This document shows, piece by piece, positions 12,349 through 27,950 of a DNA stretch of 64,000 bases. The DNA is from Octopus sinensis (taxonomy: Eukaryota): positions 22,258,001 to 22,322,000 of the forward strand of contig NC_043015.1 of assembly GCF_006345805.1 (NCBI RefSeq), given 5' to 3'. The first letter of the stretch is position 1. Each line of letters opens with the position of its first letter. The translations under genes and the position numbers were made by a program. A model generated the notes under the pieces. That model did no database searches. It was not told where the DNA came from and saw only the letters and a program-made list of their open reading frames with translations.

Positions 12349-12564
12349 AACGAGGGGATGCTGAAAAAGTTCTTAGCATTAAGAGCGTCGCCAGAGGCCT
12401 GGTTTGGGGAACCAATCTACCGAGTTCTATTACAGGGCTGAAGGGCCGCGGCAATATGTGTGAGAATCTGAAAGATGAATCTTGTTGAATAAAATCATGA
12501 TTAACTGATCCTCTTGTATTTTTTTAACGCAAAGCCAGGAACTCTAGCCCTACATCACCTCGTA
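12349..12564. mobile_element. Mariner-type MITE
   Basis: TIRs acgaggggatgctgaaaaagttc / gccaggaactc...cacctcgta; internal similarity to 33617-33800. Confidence 0.7.
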
Positions 12565-13201
12565 TATATTCATTTTGTCTTCAACATAATTATTAACCAC
12601 TGTTTTACACACCATACTTGCAGTTCATTCTTTGCAGTAGAAAGAACTGCTAGATGGACACTCCCGACAGAGAATTGATAAAATCACAAGAAATAGAGCA
12701 ATACCAAACCAAATAACTGAAACTGATGTCGTTTAGCTTCGACCGAGCACTGATTACGACCTCTTTGCCCTCCACTTTTCTCGTAATCTGGGGATTAAAT
12801 TTTCTCCTATTTCTTTTTTTTTTTTTTGCTATCCTTTATCACACTTTCTTAAAGATGATATATTTTGAATGTTTCTAGAGATTTCACCGCTAATTTGCGA
12901 CAGTGACATTCATCGTATCATCAGTGTTGTGTTTAAACTTTTGCGAAAAATGTGTTTGCAAAGAATATATTTTAGGTCTCAGTAATATATGCGGTTTTCA
13001 TAAGTAGATATTATGAAATAACTTTATCACTCCTGGCAAATTCTGTTTACATAATATCAATAAAAAATTAATGTTATATTTTTGTCACATCTCAAACACA
13101 AACGACAATGAAATAATAAACAATGGGAAGTACTACAAGTAGTCTTACGCTCACAAACGCGCACACACACACGCATGCAAACACACGAGCGCGCACACAC
13201 A

Positions 13202-13247
<46 letters not shown>

Positions 13248-13519
13248 ATATATCTGCGTGTGTGTTTTCTGATTTTGTTCCTCTCAATTTCAAGGGTTTT
13301 CAGGAGCATGGAAAATACACGATAGACTCGTATGACAACACTTCAGCAATATGAATTGATGCATCAAAGACAAGATCCTCAAGTATGACATTTTATTTCT
13401 ATGAATTCGAAATGAATATATTTATTTGGAACACGTAAATATATTCATTTCGTTTTCATACATATATATATGTGTACAGTAAAGCAGTTACGCAGAAATT
13501 GTAAAGAGGTTAAAAGTGT

Positions 13520-13836
13520 AAAGAGCCCCTCCGGTCATCAACAACCATGGAATTGCACCCAGAAAGTTCCCCTCTGAGGCACATGCTTGGGAAATGTTGA
13601 TTATTGAAGATCAGCAGCCTCCTACAGCACGCCAATCTCCCCGTTCCACGCTACCGATGTCATCCAATTCAAAGACAAGGTCAAATAAAGCTTGGCACCA
13701 ATGACATCGTAACTGAATGAGCTGGAGCAACGTGAAATGAGTTGTCTTGCTCAAAAACACAACAAATAGACCAATCCAGGAATCGAACTCGCTACTTCAT
13801 GATTATGAGTCCGACGCTCTCGCTCTAAACACTGAG
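13520..13836 (-). mobile_element. tRNA-derived SINE (family C)
   Basis: Minus-strand box B GAGTTCGATTCCTGG; body shared with 50050-50200 (gagcaacgtgaaatga.gtgtcttgctc). Confidence 0.75.
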
Positions 13837-14699
13837 AGTCCTTTTGATATATTACAGCATGCCAGAATAGTAGAACACCGGGCAAAATAAGTCTACGTTC
13901 AGACTAAAGAGCTCTGCGTTTGATCACTTTTTTATGCGATTCTGAACATGCGTTTAACCTTATGAATTCCAATACACAGTAATATAATTAATACAAGTAA
14001 GGCAAATTATAATTTCTATATAATCCAAAATAAGTTGTAATGCGCTGTATATTATACATGCATCCGCACAAACACTCACACATAAACACACACACACACA
14101 CACACATATACGCATATACATAGACACACATAAAATTAGATATAACAATGATTGTATTAATATAGGAAGATATATCTGCGTCGTCAACAGAGAGACTGGA
14201 AAGAAGAGCTCAACGTGTTTCGCTACAGAAATTACATTTTACGAAGATACTTGGAGAAAGATTGTTCGCACACTAGTGCCTATGATATAAAAATAATTGT
14301 TGAGTGACCACGGATGACATCCATATGTTCATTCGCCAGCAAGATCAGACGTGACACCGGTCTTAACAATTGCAACAACAAATTGAAGTGAACCAAAAAA
14401 ATGTTATTTTCATTTATTGATCTTATATATTTTTCCACCTAATATTTTATAAATTATATGAGTGTGCAAAGGTATAAAGCATGCGCATGTAAAACGTGTT
14501 AAAGTTAATCCCTATGTGAAATCATTCAAATAAATCATGGTAAGCGATGCAGTTTTTAAGCGTTGTTGAAATATTTCGTTCGTTGCTTGCATGAGTCACA
14601 TCAAACTTACTGCCTCGAAATGTCTATCTCACTCTCACTCTTTTCTTTGTCACTCACTGTTTTTCTCTTTCTCTTACTGTGTGTTGTGTGCGTCCACAT

Positions 14700-14723
14700 A
14701 TAATATATATATGTGTGTGTGTA

Positions 14724-14761
<38 letters not shown>

Positions 14762-14875
14762 CAGATATATATATATATATGTATATACAGATATATATAT
14801 ATATATGTATACATATGTTCGTACATATATATATATATATATATGTGTATATATATATATATGCATGTATATATG

Positions 14876-14947
<72 letters not shown>

Positions 14948-14985
14948 TACATATATATATATACGTATATATGTATATACGTAAG
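14700..14985. repeat. (TA)n compound microsatellite
   Basis: long TA run. Confidence 0.95.
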
Positions 14986-15584
14986 TAGGCGTGTGTATGA
15001 AGGCATGTATATAAGTATTTATATTTTCCTTTGTGTATATGTACATATTTCTCGCTTGTGAAACTTCTTTCATAGCTCAAACTACGCTATGAACGTATAA
15101 AATCCTGAACATGCTTTCATTATTTTGTTTCCTCTGCATACATGCAATATGATACACACATTCGCACACACACGCACATACATATATTCAGTATTAATTC
15201 ATTCTTGACATGCATAAGAGGTGCAAAAGCCTTTTGTGCTGTATTGATCGTTACACACCTGTAACTTTTAATCGATATTCGTTAAATGTTGATACATTTT
15301 CTTTCACCTCAAGTTTAATAAATAATTTCTTCTTGTGAGTACGAAGTGACGCACTGACTTACTATAAATCCAATACCTGTTAATCTTAACTGCCTTTTCT
15401 CTGTCACTCCGTTCCTTACACATTACATCACAACAGAAGCACACCTATTGTCTGTATAGCCCCTACAACTATCTTATTCTTAAGATATTAGCATTGCATA
15501 CAAATAATAAGTATTACCTGCATAAAACGCGCACAGACACACATACATAAATTTGTATATGTATATGTATATATATATATATAT

Positions 15585-15618
<34 letters not shown>

Positions 15619-17658
15619 ATATACATACATACATACACATATATATGTGTGCGTGTAGTAGTAAGTTAGTATTTTATATAATACGTTATATATCGAAATA
15701 TACTTGGTCAATCTCAGCAATTGAATTAGTTGGACGCGTTCCAATAATACGCTTTTACTTTTGTAGATCTTCTGTGTATTCCATTTCAAATAATTGCCAA
15801 AACTACTGGTTTAAATTATTTTGATTCTAATTCAATAGAGTGAGAAGAGAACAACAACAACAACAACAGCAGCAACAACATCTACAACGACGACGGCGAC
15901 AACAATAACAGCAATGAAGGTAACAGATAGTAGTTTTATCGTAGTATTTACATGTTTCCAAAATTGACTTGCGTGTTACGTTATTACTGCTCTGAATGCA
16001 GACGTATTTGAAAAGCTTTTCTTTATTCTTTCCAATGTTTTGTGACTTTTGTGAGACATGTTCACTTCATCGGTATCCTGGGTATTTTGATAAAACTATA
16101 CGTTTAATTTCTAGAGCGATATCTGTCCGAATTATTCGTCAATGACGTGTGTTTACGAAAGAATTTGAATTCGAAGAATCCGACGAAATTGAGCTACAGT
16201 TCATTATTTGTTGCTTGGAAACTACACATTTTAATTAAGACGTCAAAAGAAATATTTCATAATCAAAATTCTTGTATTTATTAATTAGTATTACCTTTGA
16301 ATGGATAATGATTAATTAAAGCGCAGCCAATCCGTGCCGTAAAGAACATATTTTTCTGATCTCGAATTCTGGGTTATAACGTTGTGTGACATCTTGGGAA
16401 AGATTTCAGTGTATATAACGCAGTCTCAGATTGACATAACCCTTGTCTTTTATATTGGCTATATGGAAACTGTTTAGAAGCGTGTCACATGGATTGTACC
16501 TTAAATTCGAAAGTTTTACCTTTCCACAGAGGGTACACAACACTGCTTCTCCCTGATTATTATGGTAAGTTTGCAATTATTTGTGGAATATTTAGGCACG
16601 TACACACATTCATAAGAGGAGATAATTCAGTTTTTCGATCAACTGAATTACCAATTTATTAATTAGATTAACAAGGAATATATATGAGTTGCTAATGTAC
16701 ATTAGTTTCCTCAACTCATCAGTAAAATTTATTCGATCTGGTCTGTGATATACACAATATTCGATATATTAATTTTAGTATTATATATAAACGTATAAAA
16801 ACAAGATATTGCAACACAGACATTTTGCATTTCAATGTCAAGGAAATTACTAGTATGAATTTTAGTGAACCCGTAGAAATGAAGTATAAATTCAACTAAG
16901 CAACACCTTGGAGTTCAGAATAAAATACAGTAAAATTGAAAAAAAAAGACTATGAGCGCCCTCATGAATCCCCATTACAAATAAACTATCGGATTCGAGT
17001 TTTGAGAAGTGTTTCTCTTTCGCTAATTAGTTATCGTGGCATAAAGCACACGATATCGAGAAAAGTCACAGCAAACTGGGGTGGGGGGAAATAAGCGTTG
17101 TCTTCTATTCAATCTTGTGCTTTTCCGAGAATGCCAGATTGGTGCAGTTGTTTTAACGTTGGGCAATATTTAGGTCCTAAGTTCAAATGCAACTAAGATA
17201 ATGACTATATTTTAAAATTCTGGGATCGAAAGATTGCGGATATGTGATGCACTGCGATCGATGTAAGCAACTATGCACGTCTTCCATATTTCTGTCCTAC
17301 TTTCACTATGAATCCCAACAATCTGCAGCCATTTCTATCATATTTACAACAACGTCTCATAAAAATCAAGTACAAACCCAGCTGAAAGACCACATCGGGC
17401 TTTCGAAAATAGCCAAATGCATCAAATATAATTTTTAAAACTACTTTATTAGGATAATCAATGTAGAGACGGCATACATCTATAAAGGAAATTATTATTC
17501 AGTTTAGATCGAGAAGAACAATAATGAAATTAATGGTTTCCTAAACTAGGTTTTATCTCGTGACGCCATAAACACCGAATGTTATGCAAAGTTTATGAAC
17601 GTAAATTGAATTGCTATGTAAGTTGAAGTGCAAAAGTAAATATATACGTATCTCAACG

Positions 17659-17731
<73 letters not shown>

Positions 17732-17882
17732 TCTCTCTCGTCGTTCACAAAAAATTAGCGTTTGCAATACTTTTTTCGTTCGGCGTCAACAGCCCTTCCT
17801 ATCTTGTTCTCCCTGTCCTGTCTTTTACTGTTATATATATATATTTTTTACTGTTTATATATATATTTTTTACTGTTTATAT

Positions 17883-18272
17883 TTTTGTACTGTCGTTACT
17901 GTCTCGTTTTTTTACCATTTTTTTACCATTTTTACCCCTCTGCGAAAAGATCTCAGAATTTTAATTGATTTGCTTTTCGCAGGAAGGAAAGTTTCTTGTC
18001 GAAGATACGTCTCGCTTTTATCCTTCGAAACGTAGAGTAGATGAAAACTTAGCGACTGAAGAAGGGGTTTTTTCGTTGTGTTAACTGTCCTGTACTCCAT
18101 TTTTTGTTGTTTTTTAAAAAATGTCCTGTTCCTTTGGTTTGTGTCTATGTTTTCGTTTCTCTATGTGTTCGACGTCCCTTTGGTGTCCTGTACTCATATA
18201 TGCGTGTATATGTACATGTAGCGGTAGGTACGTACATATATGTTTATATATATGCATATGTTTTATTTCTTT

Positions 18273-18290
<18 letters not shown>
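17883..18290 (+). mobile_element. Dispersed repeat family D, copy 1 (unclassified, possibly PLE-derived)
   Basis: High similarity to 35914-36285 and a diverged inverted copy at 24820-25070; internal hairpin ctgcgaaaag/cttttcgcag. Confidence 0.8.
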
Positions 18291-18315
<25 letters not shown>

Positions 18316-19104
18316 GTATGTGTGCGTGTGTGTACACGCTTATAGAACTGCTTGTATATATAAATATCTTTGTATGTATGTATGTACGTATCTAAATATC
18401 TATCTCCTTCTTTCTCTCTATTTCTCTTTCTCTGTATATATTGTGAGAGAGGGGTAACAAGAAATGTATGCATGTATATGTATGTGTGAGTGTGTGTGTG
18501 TGTGTGTGTTTCTATTTGTGCGTCAGTGTGTCTCTGTCTCTGTGTTTTTGCATTATATAATGAGAAATTTTTAATTAGCAATGTAGAAAGAAATCTCAGG
18601 TTTGTGAATAAGGGTTAATCTCCCGACCCGTACAGCTGCTTATTAATGATTGAAGCACGACTGAGACCCATAATGCACTATACCCTCTGACTTTTCTCTT
18701 TCTAATATCAGTGGCTATATAAACTAATGCATCAATTCTTTTCTAAATATAGCTACAAGAATTTCTTGAAATATTTCTTTTATGTCGTTTAAGAAACACT
18801 CATTTTTTGGTACATAATATGGTAGTGAGAATGAAACGTTTCGGGTCTTGCACAATCTTATAAACAACGTTTTACATGTAATGAAATGAGAAAGCATGGT
18901 TCGTAGAACGATGGAATCATTGTCCGCATATTCGTTCTGTCTCCACCAACTGGTGAGTTGTGGAGTTATTTTGTCGAATTCCTTCACGTTTTCTACTGAT
19001 ACGATTGTCATTCGACTTGTAAGAAATGTATGCTCAAGCAATTAGGAAAATAGCAAACGCAGAATAATTTATGAGAATTATTTTCTTCCATAGAATATAT
19101 TGGA

Positions 19105-19168
19105 TATGTATGTATATGTATATGTATATGTATGTATATATATATATATATATACATATAATATATAC

Positions 19169-19229
<61 letters not shown>

Positions 19230-19306
19230 TATTTATATGGATATGCATATATATATATATATACGTATGATGTATATACGTATGATGTATATATATATAT
19301 ATATAT
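19105..19306. repeat. (TA)n compound microsatellite
   Basis: long TA run. Confidence 0.95.
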
Positions 19307-20589
19307 CTTGCACATGCCACTAGCAGTTGGCTGGGACTACGCATACAGCCAACATACTCTTTTGCATATAAATTTTGCCATGAAGAAATATTAGTTTTGG
19401 CAAGGTAAGCCACGTTAAGCGGAAGACAGGTCGCTGTTCTTGAATAACAGATTGCTCCGTTTGTGCGAGTACGTGTGTGTGTGTGTGTGTGTATCAACCT
19501 ATAATTACGTGTGTTTGTAAGTGTTTATGTGTACATAAGTCTGAACATGTATGTGTGAACATGTGTGCGTGTGCGTGTGTGTGTGTGTGCGTGTGTGTGT
19601 ATACTTTTCATTCTGTTAAATGAGGGTTTCTGAGTCGGAAGAAAAGAAATTTGCGTGTGATGGTAAAATATGACTACACGTGTGTATCTAGATCGGTTGA
19701 ACATTGGTAAATTTCCTTAATCCATGTAGAAACGATGTAGAAAGAAAGAATCATTCGTTCGTAAACATGGTTGTGCTGCTCTTAGTGCTGTAGAATCAGA
19801 ATGAAGTTATGGTATTTCAACTTCTTTTGGTGTAGATGAAGCTTGGTGTTCTGTGAATCAACAGTAATGATATACCTCTCGAAATAGCAGTCCATTAATC
19901 ACTAATAAGAGTAATGCAATTAATCTCGCTGTCAAATAAATTCGCGTGTCTGCGATCACGTCCTGATGAAACTGCACAATGTAGTTCCCATTTAAGTGTA
20001 AAGATTCTACAGGAAAATAATTTTAGATCACTTTGCATTCGTAATTCTATTAGAAAATCTGGGAAAATTAAACCTCTTCGTTATGACGTCTGTGTTGATA
20101 GAGGTAGTTCTTTGGTGAGTAATATCATCCGTCTCTTTTACTCACCAAAGGCTTAACAAATTCCTTCGGTTCCACATTTCAATGAATTTGAAATGATAGT
20201 GGAAAGAATAGAGCTGTGTGATATAAAAGACAGATGATTCAGTTTAGCCAAAGGAATTATATCCTGTATAATTCAGAAACAGAAACTCGTGATGCTAGAT
20301 GGAACAGGAACACTAAGTGTGAAGCCTTATTGCTAGAGATTTTGTATTTTATGTTATAAATATGGATTGCACATAAGGATTCTCACTTCATGAATTCCTG
20401 ACTAGATATCACAACCTCTAATGGCGCCACTTCATGACTAAACTGATTGTGGTGGGCACCACTCATGTTGTGAGCAAATTTCCATCAAATACGGTTTCTT
20501 CATTTAAGAAGGCACATATATGACCACTCCAAATACGATGTAAATATTTTGTTTTAATACAACCTGAGCAGATTTGATTTGGTCTTTCT

Positions 20590-21248
20590 CCACAATTTTT
20601 CTTCCAAAACAATAATGCTTTATGAGTATAAAAAAGGAAACTCTGCAGCCGAAGCGACTTGAAACATGCACTCAACTTATGGGAAAGAATGCTCGAATGA
20701 AAAAACTTGCAGAAGATGGTTTGCAAAATTCGGAAGTGGAGAATATAGCCTTGAAGATGAGAATCGAAGAGAACGTACAGTTGAGTTTGATGATAAGCTC
20801 CTTGAGGCATTACTAGAAGAAAATCCTGCATTATTATTAATTAGAGTGTTTGAACCGAGCTATGAAGGAAAAAAAGCCTGTTTTAGTGTATCGAAAATGA
20901 GTGATGTTTCATCAGGACAATGCGCTACCCCACACTGCAAAGATCACATGACAGAAGATCAAAGAGCTTGGTTGGGAAACAAATCCTCATCTACCTTATT
21001 CTCCGGACCTTGCTCCTTCAGGCTAACCTGTGTTTCGTAATTTACAGAATCATATGGAGGATATAACTTCCGCAAGCCTGGAAGAGGTCGAAACTGACAT
21101 TTCAGAGTTCTTCGCTTGTAAATAGATGGAAGGAAGTCATAGATAATCAGGGAAAATACATTGATGATTAAATTTCAATTAAACATCACATTTAATTATT
21201 TGTTTTCTTTATTCAAAATTCGGACAGAAGTTATGGGATGACCTGATA
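20590..21248 (+). mobile_element. Mariner transposase remnant with internal deletion and 3' TIR
   Basis: IMLYEYKKGNSAAEAT..KTCRRWFAKFGSGEYSLED; FHQDNA.PHTAK..IKELGWE..PHLPYSPDLAPS; ends cggacagaagttatgggatgacctgaTA. Confidence 0.9.
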
Positions 21249-23079
21249 TCTATCTTATCAAGCGTCTGCCTGCAACACCTAATTGCTATTCGCGCGTGTT
21301 GAAATATCAATTTAACATCAACTTTTATTCGTGTAAGGCTGAAAAGGTGTGTAACAGTAGCTATACTGTTCAAATTGCGATAGGGGGGCGAGTTGCTAAA
21401 AAGAAAAATCGCTTTTTAAAAGATAAATGTCACATTAGACTAAAATGATGCTATAAACAGGCGTAAATATCATTGTAAGATACAGAAAAGCGAAATACAT
21501 AGATAGAACAATAAAGGGAGAGGGAGAAAAATTTTGAGTGTATGTATGAGTGTATGTGTGCGTGCGTGTGGGTGTGAGTATGTGTGCGTGTGTAGTCACT
21601 TTAAATTAATTATATTACCTCTAAAATTGATATTTTAATAAACAGAAATGTCTATTCTCTATGGAAACAGCAACTTTAATTTGGTCCTTAAGCGGTCAAC
21701 TTTAATTTGGTCCCTAAGCGTTAGTAAAAATTGGCAAGCTGTCACTAAAGTCAAATTAATTTATTATGAACCCCTCTATCAATGTTGTGCCTACAAAATA
21801 AAGCATCGTTATTTTTATAGTTTTGAATATATACTCCAGCACCAATAGTAGCCACAATAGCAGGGGAAGTAGTAGCAGAGGTAGTTTTACTTGTAGTAGT
21901 AGTATTAGTTGTGGTAATGCGAGTTGGGTGGTGTTAATTTCGTTGCAAATTAAACGCAGTTCGATTATCACGTTCCATATTTCGTCCTATTTCTCTGCGG
22001 TGCCTAAGCTATCCGCTATAAAATATTGGTAAATCATATAAACTTGCAGTCTGTGTATTTTTCTGAAACAATTTTAATCGTTCCCAAAAGATCTACAATT
22101 AGAGACGTTCTTTCTGGTTATCTCTATTTCCAGATCTATATATTTCCATAGTTTTGCGAGTGTATTTAATGTTGCATTATTGACTGCTGCTAGAGATAAA
22201 TTTCGATCAGGGATAATTAGTCCTCAGATTTTCCTACGATATATTAAGTGGTTCATTGCATTTGATTATTCTGCTTCTATATATTAGAGTATGCCCGAGA
22301 GCGGTGGCTCTGTCGAGATCTGAGATCTCATAATACTACTAAAGTTTCCAAGGTTTGACGGAATCGATAGAGTGTCGGCCGAAATATTTTTTCAGAGTTC
22401 GCTTGCGTCTATTTATCGTTAAACTGTAAATATTTTCCCCAGAAATGTTCCTACCAAATTATATGAAGGAATGTCATATTATTATTCAATACGGCGTAAA
22501 CGCCATATTATTTGTTCTTTTCCTTCGATGTTTTTCTTTAGTTTTGCAAATTGATAATAGATCCACATCATGATAATTAGCATTGCTGAAGAACAAATTT
22601 TCTATAATAGTGTAATAATATATATATTATCGCTTATAAAAGGCACAGCTATTAAATCTGCGTCTGATCTACATGATTCTAGCAAAAAGCCACTTGGAAA
22701 TAGCGGATTGCTCTGTACCGAAGTATATCTTTGATTGTTGTTTTAATTAATTAATAAGGATTCATATTTAAATATATTTTCATACTGTACACTTAGTGGT
22801 TTTCATGTTTTTATGTTCGTCGTCTAGCAAACGACAATTAACAAAATCCTTTCGTCTCTACCCTCATTTATTATTATTTTAGGTTCTCATAATTGAATAG
22901 ATTCTACTTACATATTTTTTTCTCAAACAGTAGAAGAGATACGATTGGAAAGGAAATAGGCTCATATTTCTAATATACTTAGTAAACATAGAAAAAATTC
23001 GTCCTAGGCTTTCTTACCAAACGGAGTAGATAACAATATATTTACCCTTACTGTTCCATTACACAATACAGTGTAGCAA

Positions 23080-23393
23080 AGAAGCAGGCTTTGCGATTGC
23101 GTGATTTCGGATAGAATTCTACTAGCCGGTGCATTAGGCAAGTGGTTTCTAATATATTACCAAGCCGACTAAGGCCTTGTTGGTGATTCTGGTAGAGAGA
23201 AAATAGGTAGAAGCCCGTCGGGGACAGCAACATGAAGCTCACTCGTTTAACAAATGACACACACATCAGTGGTGGTTTCACGTAGTGAGAGTGTAGGAAA
23301 GCTAACAGCGGTGCTCCAGCATGGATACAACTCTCCAGCTGAAACTTGCAGATAATATATACATACACACACACAAACACGCACTCACACACT

Positions 23394-23435
<42 letters not shown>

Positions 23436-23665
23436 GCATTCATACACACACACACACAGAATCGTTTTTGTGCCTGTTTCAAACCGCCAAATGATTGACA
23501 ACCGGTGTTATTTTGTTTGCGTAACTTATTGGTGCGGTAAAAGGAGTTTAAAGCAATTAGTACCATGTATAAAAATAGGTAGTGGGGTCAATTGATCCAA
23601 CTGAAACTAGTGAAGCCAGTGCAACGGCATGTCCGCAGCCTAATCACTGAAACAAGTAAATGACG
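23080..23665 (+). mobile_element. Two decayed fragments of SINE family B separated by a microsatellite
   Basis: gccgactaaggccttg..gaagcccgtcg; gcggtgctccagcatgg; ttgacaaccggtgtt; ctgaaacaag, all matching 32417-32820. Confidence 0.6.
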
Positions 23666-24016
23666 AAACGAAAGGTGAGACCGATAGCGAAGCGTTAAAT
23701 CAACGATATTCAGGCCAACCCACAATTATGTGTACTTCGAACATTTGAATTCTTTTATCCTCGCATAAACTATTATTTGTGCTCTTCTTGAAAGTGTAAC
23801 ACTTTTAATGTTTCTATAATAGAGGCGGAGGATGTTTGTCCAATTATTTCCTACAGCATCTTCTGTGGCTTGCTGCCGCTAAAAGCTGTCGCTAAAGGTA
23901 AGTAGGATGCATTTTACATAGAATCAAAATACAAATGACTATCGAAAACTGTATGCATTGTCGGCATTGACAGTATGCGTCCTACTTTAACAAACACAAG
24001 AACATCATCATGTTCT

Positions 24017-24053
<37 letters not shown>

Positions 24054-24719
24054 ACACATATATATATATACATATACATATATATACATTTATATTATAT
24101 ATATATATATATATATATAATATGCATACATACATGCATGCATACATATATATTGTTTACGTCGAAGGGTCTTATAATTTTATATGGGGGTCGACGTAAA
24201 TCAAGTTTGACAGGAGAATAATTTGTTTTCTTGTTTTTAATGTTACTATTCCTAACAGCAGCGGGAGCAGCGGCAGTGACAGGGACAGCGGAAGCAGCAG
24301 CAGCAGCAATAACAGCAGTAGTAGTAGTGGTATCAGCAGCAGCAGCAGCAGTAAAGCAGCTACAGCATCTATAGCCTCACCGCCAACAGAACTACGTACA
24401 CTAATGATATTAATGCTTAAAATAAAGGCTGTAATCTGACATTATTTCCCTACCATCATATTGACTTAATCCTCTGTCATTTCTTGCCACATGCTATAAT
24501 ATTCATATTCCGTTCTCTTCCTTTTCTTTCTACAATTTCTTCTCTTTCTTCTTTCTTCTTACCCTTCTGTCTTTTTCTCGATCGCTCTTTAAGTACATGC
24601 TTTCCTTCTATCCAATTCCACATTCAGCCAGTAACGTGCCAGTAAATACAAACGAGTTAATAAACCCATTTCCGCAATACACCAGCTTCCACACACATAA
24701 ACACATACACACACACACC

Positions 24720-24760
<41 letters not shown>

Positions 24761-24819
24761 GCATATATATGTATCTATCTATCTATATATATATGTATAT
24801 ATATATATATATATATAGG

Positions 24820-25070
24820 AGATAAATAAAAATATATGCATACATACAAACATATATGTACGTACCTACATCTACATGTATATATACATGCATATATAAA
24901 TAATTATACGGAAGTACAGGACATCACAATAAGACGTAGAAACAGAAAAAGCCAAAAAACAAAAAACAAGAAAACGGAAAACGAAAACCAAATACAGGAC
25001 AGGTTACACAAGGACAAAACCCCCGTCATCAGCTGTCGCTAGAGGAGTCAGGCATGTTTCGAAGCATAAC
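24820..25070 (-). mobile_element. Dispersed repeat family D, diverged copy 3
   Basis: catatatgtacgtacctac, gtacaggaca, aaaacccc..tcatcag..tcgctag..tttcgaag match the reverse complement of copies 1 and 2. Confidence 0.6.
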
Positions 25071-25123
25071 ATATATATATATATATATATATATATTGTA
25101 TATATATTATATATATACATATA

Positions 25124-25179
<56 letters not shown>

Positions 25180-25317
25180 CACGAAACTGATGATAATAAA
25201 TTTCTAAATACACATACGTAACATATATATCTATGCATGCATGTATGTATGGATGCATATATGTATATACAAACGGAGTTACGCGTGCATTTATGTATCT
25301 TTCTACCTACGTCTACC

Positions 25318-25352
<35 letters not shown>

Positions 25353-26131
25353 GAAGAAGAGAGAGAGATAGACAGACAGATACATAAATATGATTGTATG
25401 TATGTTTGTATGTATAAAGCAGTAGGCAGGAAAAAATGTAGAGGTAATGAGAACAGAGTATAAACTAAAATCTAGAAACATGTGTCACCAAAGAACATGT
25501 CATTTAGAATTATCAAGTTGATTGATTTGCGTGGGAATTAAATAAGAGAAAAAGAGTAACAAGTAGACGGCAAGTAGAGTACATTCGCTTTTGCTAGTGC
25601 TGGGTGTCAGTAGGCCTTTTCGGTGTCTTCGTTACGTATTGTCGTATGATTACATTTTCACTACAATTGTGTAAGTGGATTGATTTCCTTGAACGCCATA
25701 GCAAACACACACACACAAACACAAACACACACACATACACACACACACACACACACATACATATACACATACAAATGTTTATGCAAATGCGTGTGCCTAC
25801 ACACCAACACACGAAGTTGCGTATAAGTCATCAAATGTACAGTACTTTTATACGTGACATGTTTAGATAAGTAGTATTTAAATATTTACTTGCACAAATA
25901 CGCTCGCACGTATATCGGTGTATGTGCATGTGTGTGTGGTGGGGTGTCTGTGTTTGTTATTGTAAGAATACACACATACGCACACATGCACATACGCACA
26001 CATGCACATACACACATAAATAATATGTAATATATACATATATATCATATATATCGACATATATTCAAATACATACAACAGCAGATTAATATCATATATA
26101 TATATAATATATATATTATATATAGATATTA

Positions 26132-26163
<32 letters not shown>

Positions 26164-26255
26164 CATACATACATATACATAGTAATATATATATATATAT
26201 ATATATATGTACATACACACCACATATATATATATAAATATATTATATATAAATC

Positions 26256-26338
<83 letters not shown>

Positions 26339-26836
26339 AGAGCGAGAGAGAGAGAGAGAGGAGAGGAGAGAGAGAGAGAGGAGAGAGATAGATGGAAAGA
26401 GTGTAGGTGATTGGGAAAACAACGACAGTTCGAGTGCAACTCTGTTTATTTTTCTATGTACTTCAGTACTGCTGTCTCTGTTTATATTGCAATATGTGGT
26501 AGCCTCACTATCTAGGTTTTGCTTTCTCTTCTTTCATAAGGAAACGTGCACGTTCAGATGAGGAGACACTTGGACACACAAATCATTGCTTGCATCTTCT
26601 ACCTCAATTTTTCTCTCTCCATGCATACAGAATCGTTAAAGTGTTAGTGTGTGTGTGTGGTGGGGCACAGTATGTGTGTATAGTCTATATGTATATCACC
26701 TGCTCATAACTGATTATTTCTATAGACCAAACCTCTTATTACTAGTCACATCTTATTATCAAAACATATCTTATCTGGAAGAACACTATACCACCGCCAA
26801 TGTAATTTCAGCTATCCCACCCTCTTTCTTTGCCAC

Positions 26837-26901
<65 letters not shown>

Positions 26902-26936
26902 TTATCTATATCTCTATCTATCTATCTATCTATCTG

Positions 26937-27031
<95 letters not shown>

Positions 27032-27085
27032 ATATCTATCTCTCTATCTCTCTATCTCTCTATCTATCTATCTATCTATCTATCC
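26837..27085. repeat. (TCTA)n tetranucleotide microsatellite
   Basis: about 60 units, imperfect. Confidence 0.95.
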
Positions 27086-27126
27086 ATCTCTCTTGCTATC
27101 TCTCTCTCTTTATATATATATTTATA

Positions 27127-27157
27127 TGCGTTTGTGTATGTGTGTGTGTGTGTGTGC

Positions 27158-27214
<57 letters not shown>
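27127..27214. repeat. (GT)n microsatellite
   Basis: GT run. Confidence 0.95.
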
Positions 27215-27216
<2 letters not shown>

Positions 27217-27950
27217 GTATTATTAGTCATAAACAGTAATACAGTGGTGACTAGCAAGACTTCCACCTATACAGGTATAGTATCAAATATATGAAGAAAG
27301 AAGAGGAAATATACCGCTCGCGAAAAATAAAAGCGACATCTTAAAAAAAACCAACAATTCTACGGTAAATACACAAACGAACAATGTAAATATTTCATCT
27401 CAGTACGTTATCTTTTGAGTTTTTCTATATTTATTTATCCGTACACCCCAGAAATGAGCAGTTATCTTCCCTGTCCCGAATAATAACGATTACCAATTAC
27501 CTCCCCTTAGATTTTTATACTTGTTGATTCATTTCATTCACAAACTCCCATAAACAACATGGACGAGAATTTTCTTAAGAAAACACAAAATTACAACAAT
27601 TTCAATGTTATGGTTAGCAAAATCAAAATCTGACGAGAAACACAATACTCTTTCTGTTATAAAACATATTTTAAAAAGCTATTAATCCTATGTAAACTGT
27701 GCATTTTCCTTCTTTTATTTCAAATGTTGGGATAATCACAATTTCCTTCACTTCAAAGCTTTTCTCACTATACATATAGATATATATATATATATATATT
27801 ATATAATATATATATATATATATATATACCATGTAGTATTAATAACTGAATCCATATGATATATATATATTATATATATACCGTGTAGTATTAATAACTG
27901 AATCCATCTAATATATATATAATGTTTCATCATTTTTTCCCTGTTATTCC

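Noticed and set aside
13409-13451. 16-bp stem hairpin gaaatgaatatattta/taaatatattcatttc as a pre-miRNA or terminator
   Set aside because: Very AT-rich and too short for a pre-miRNA; no other support.
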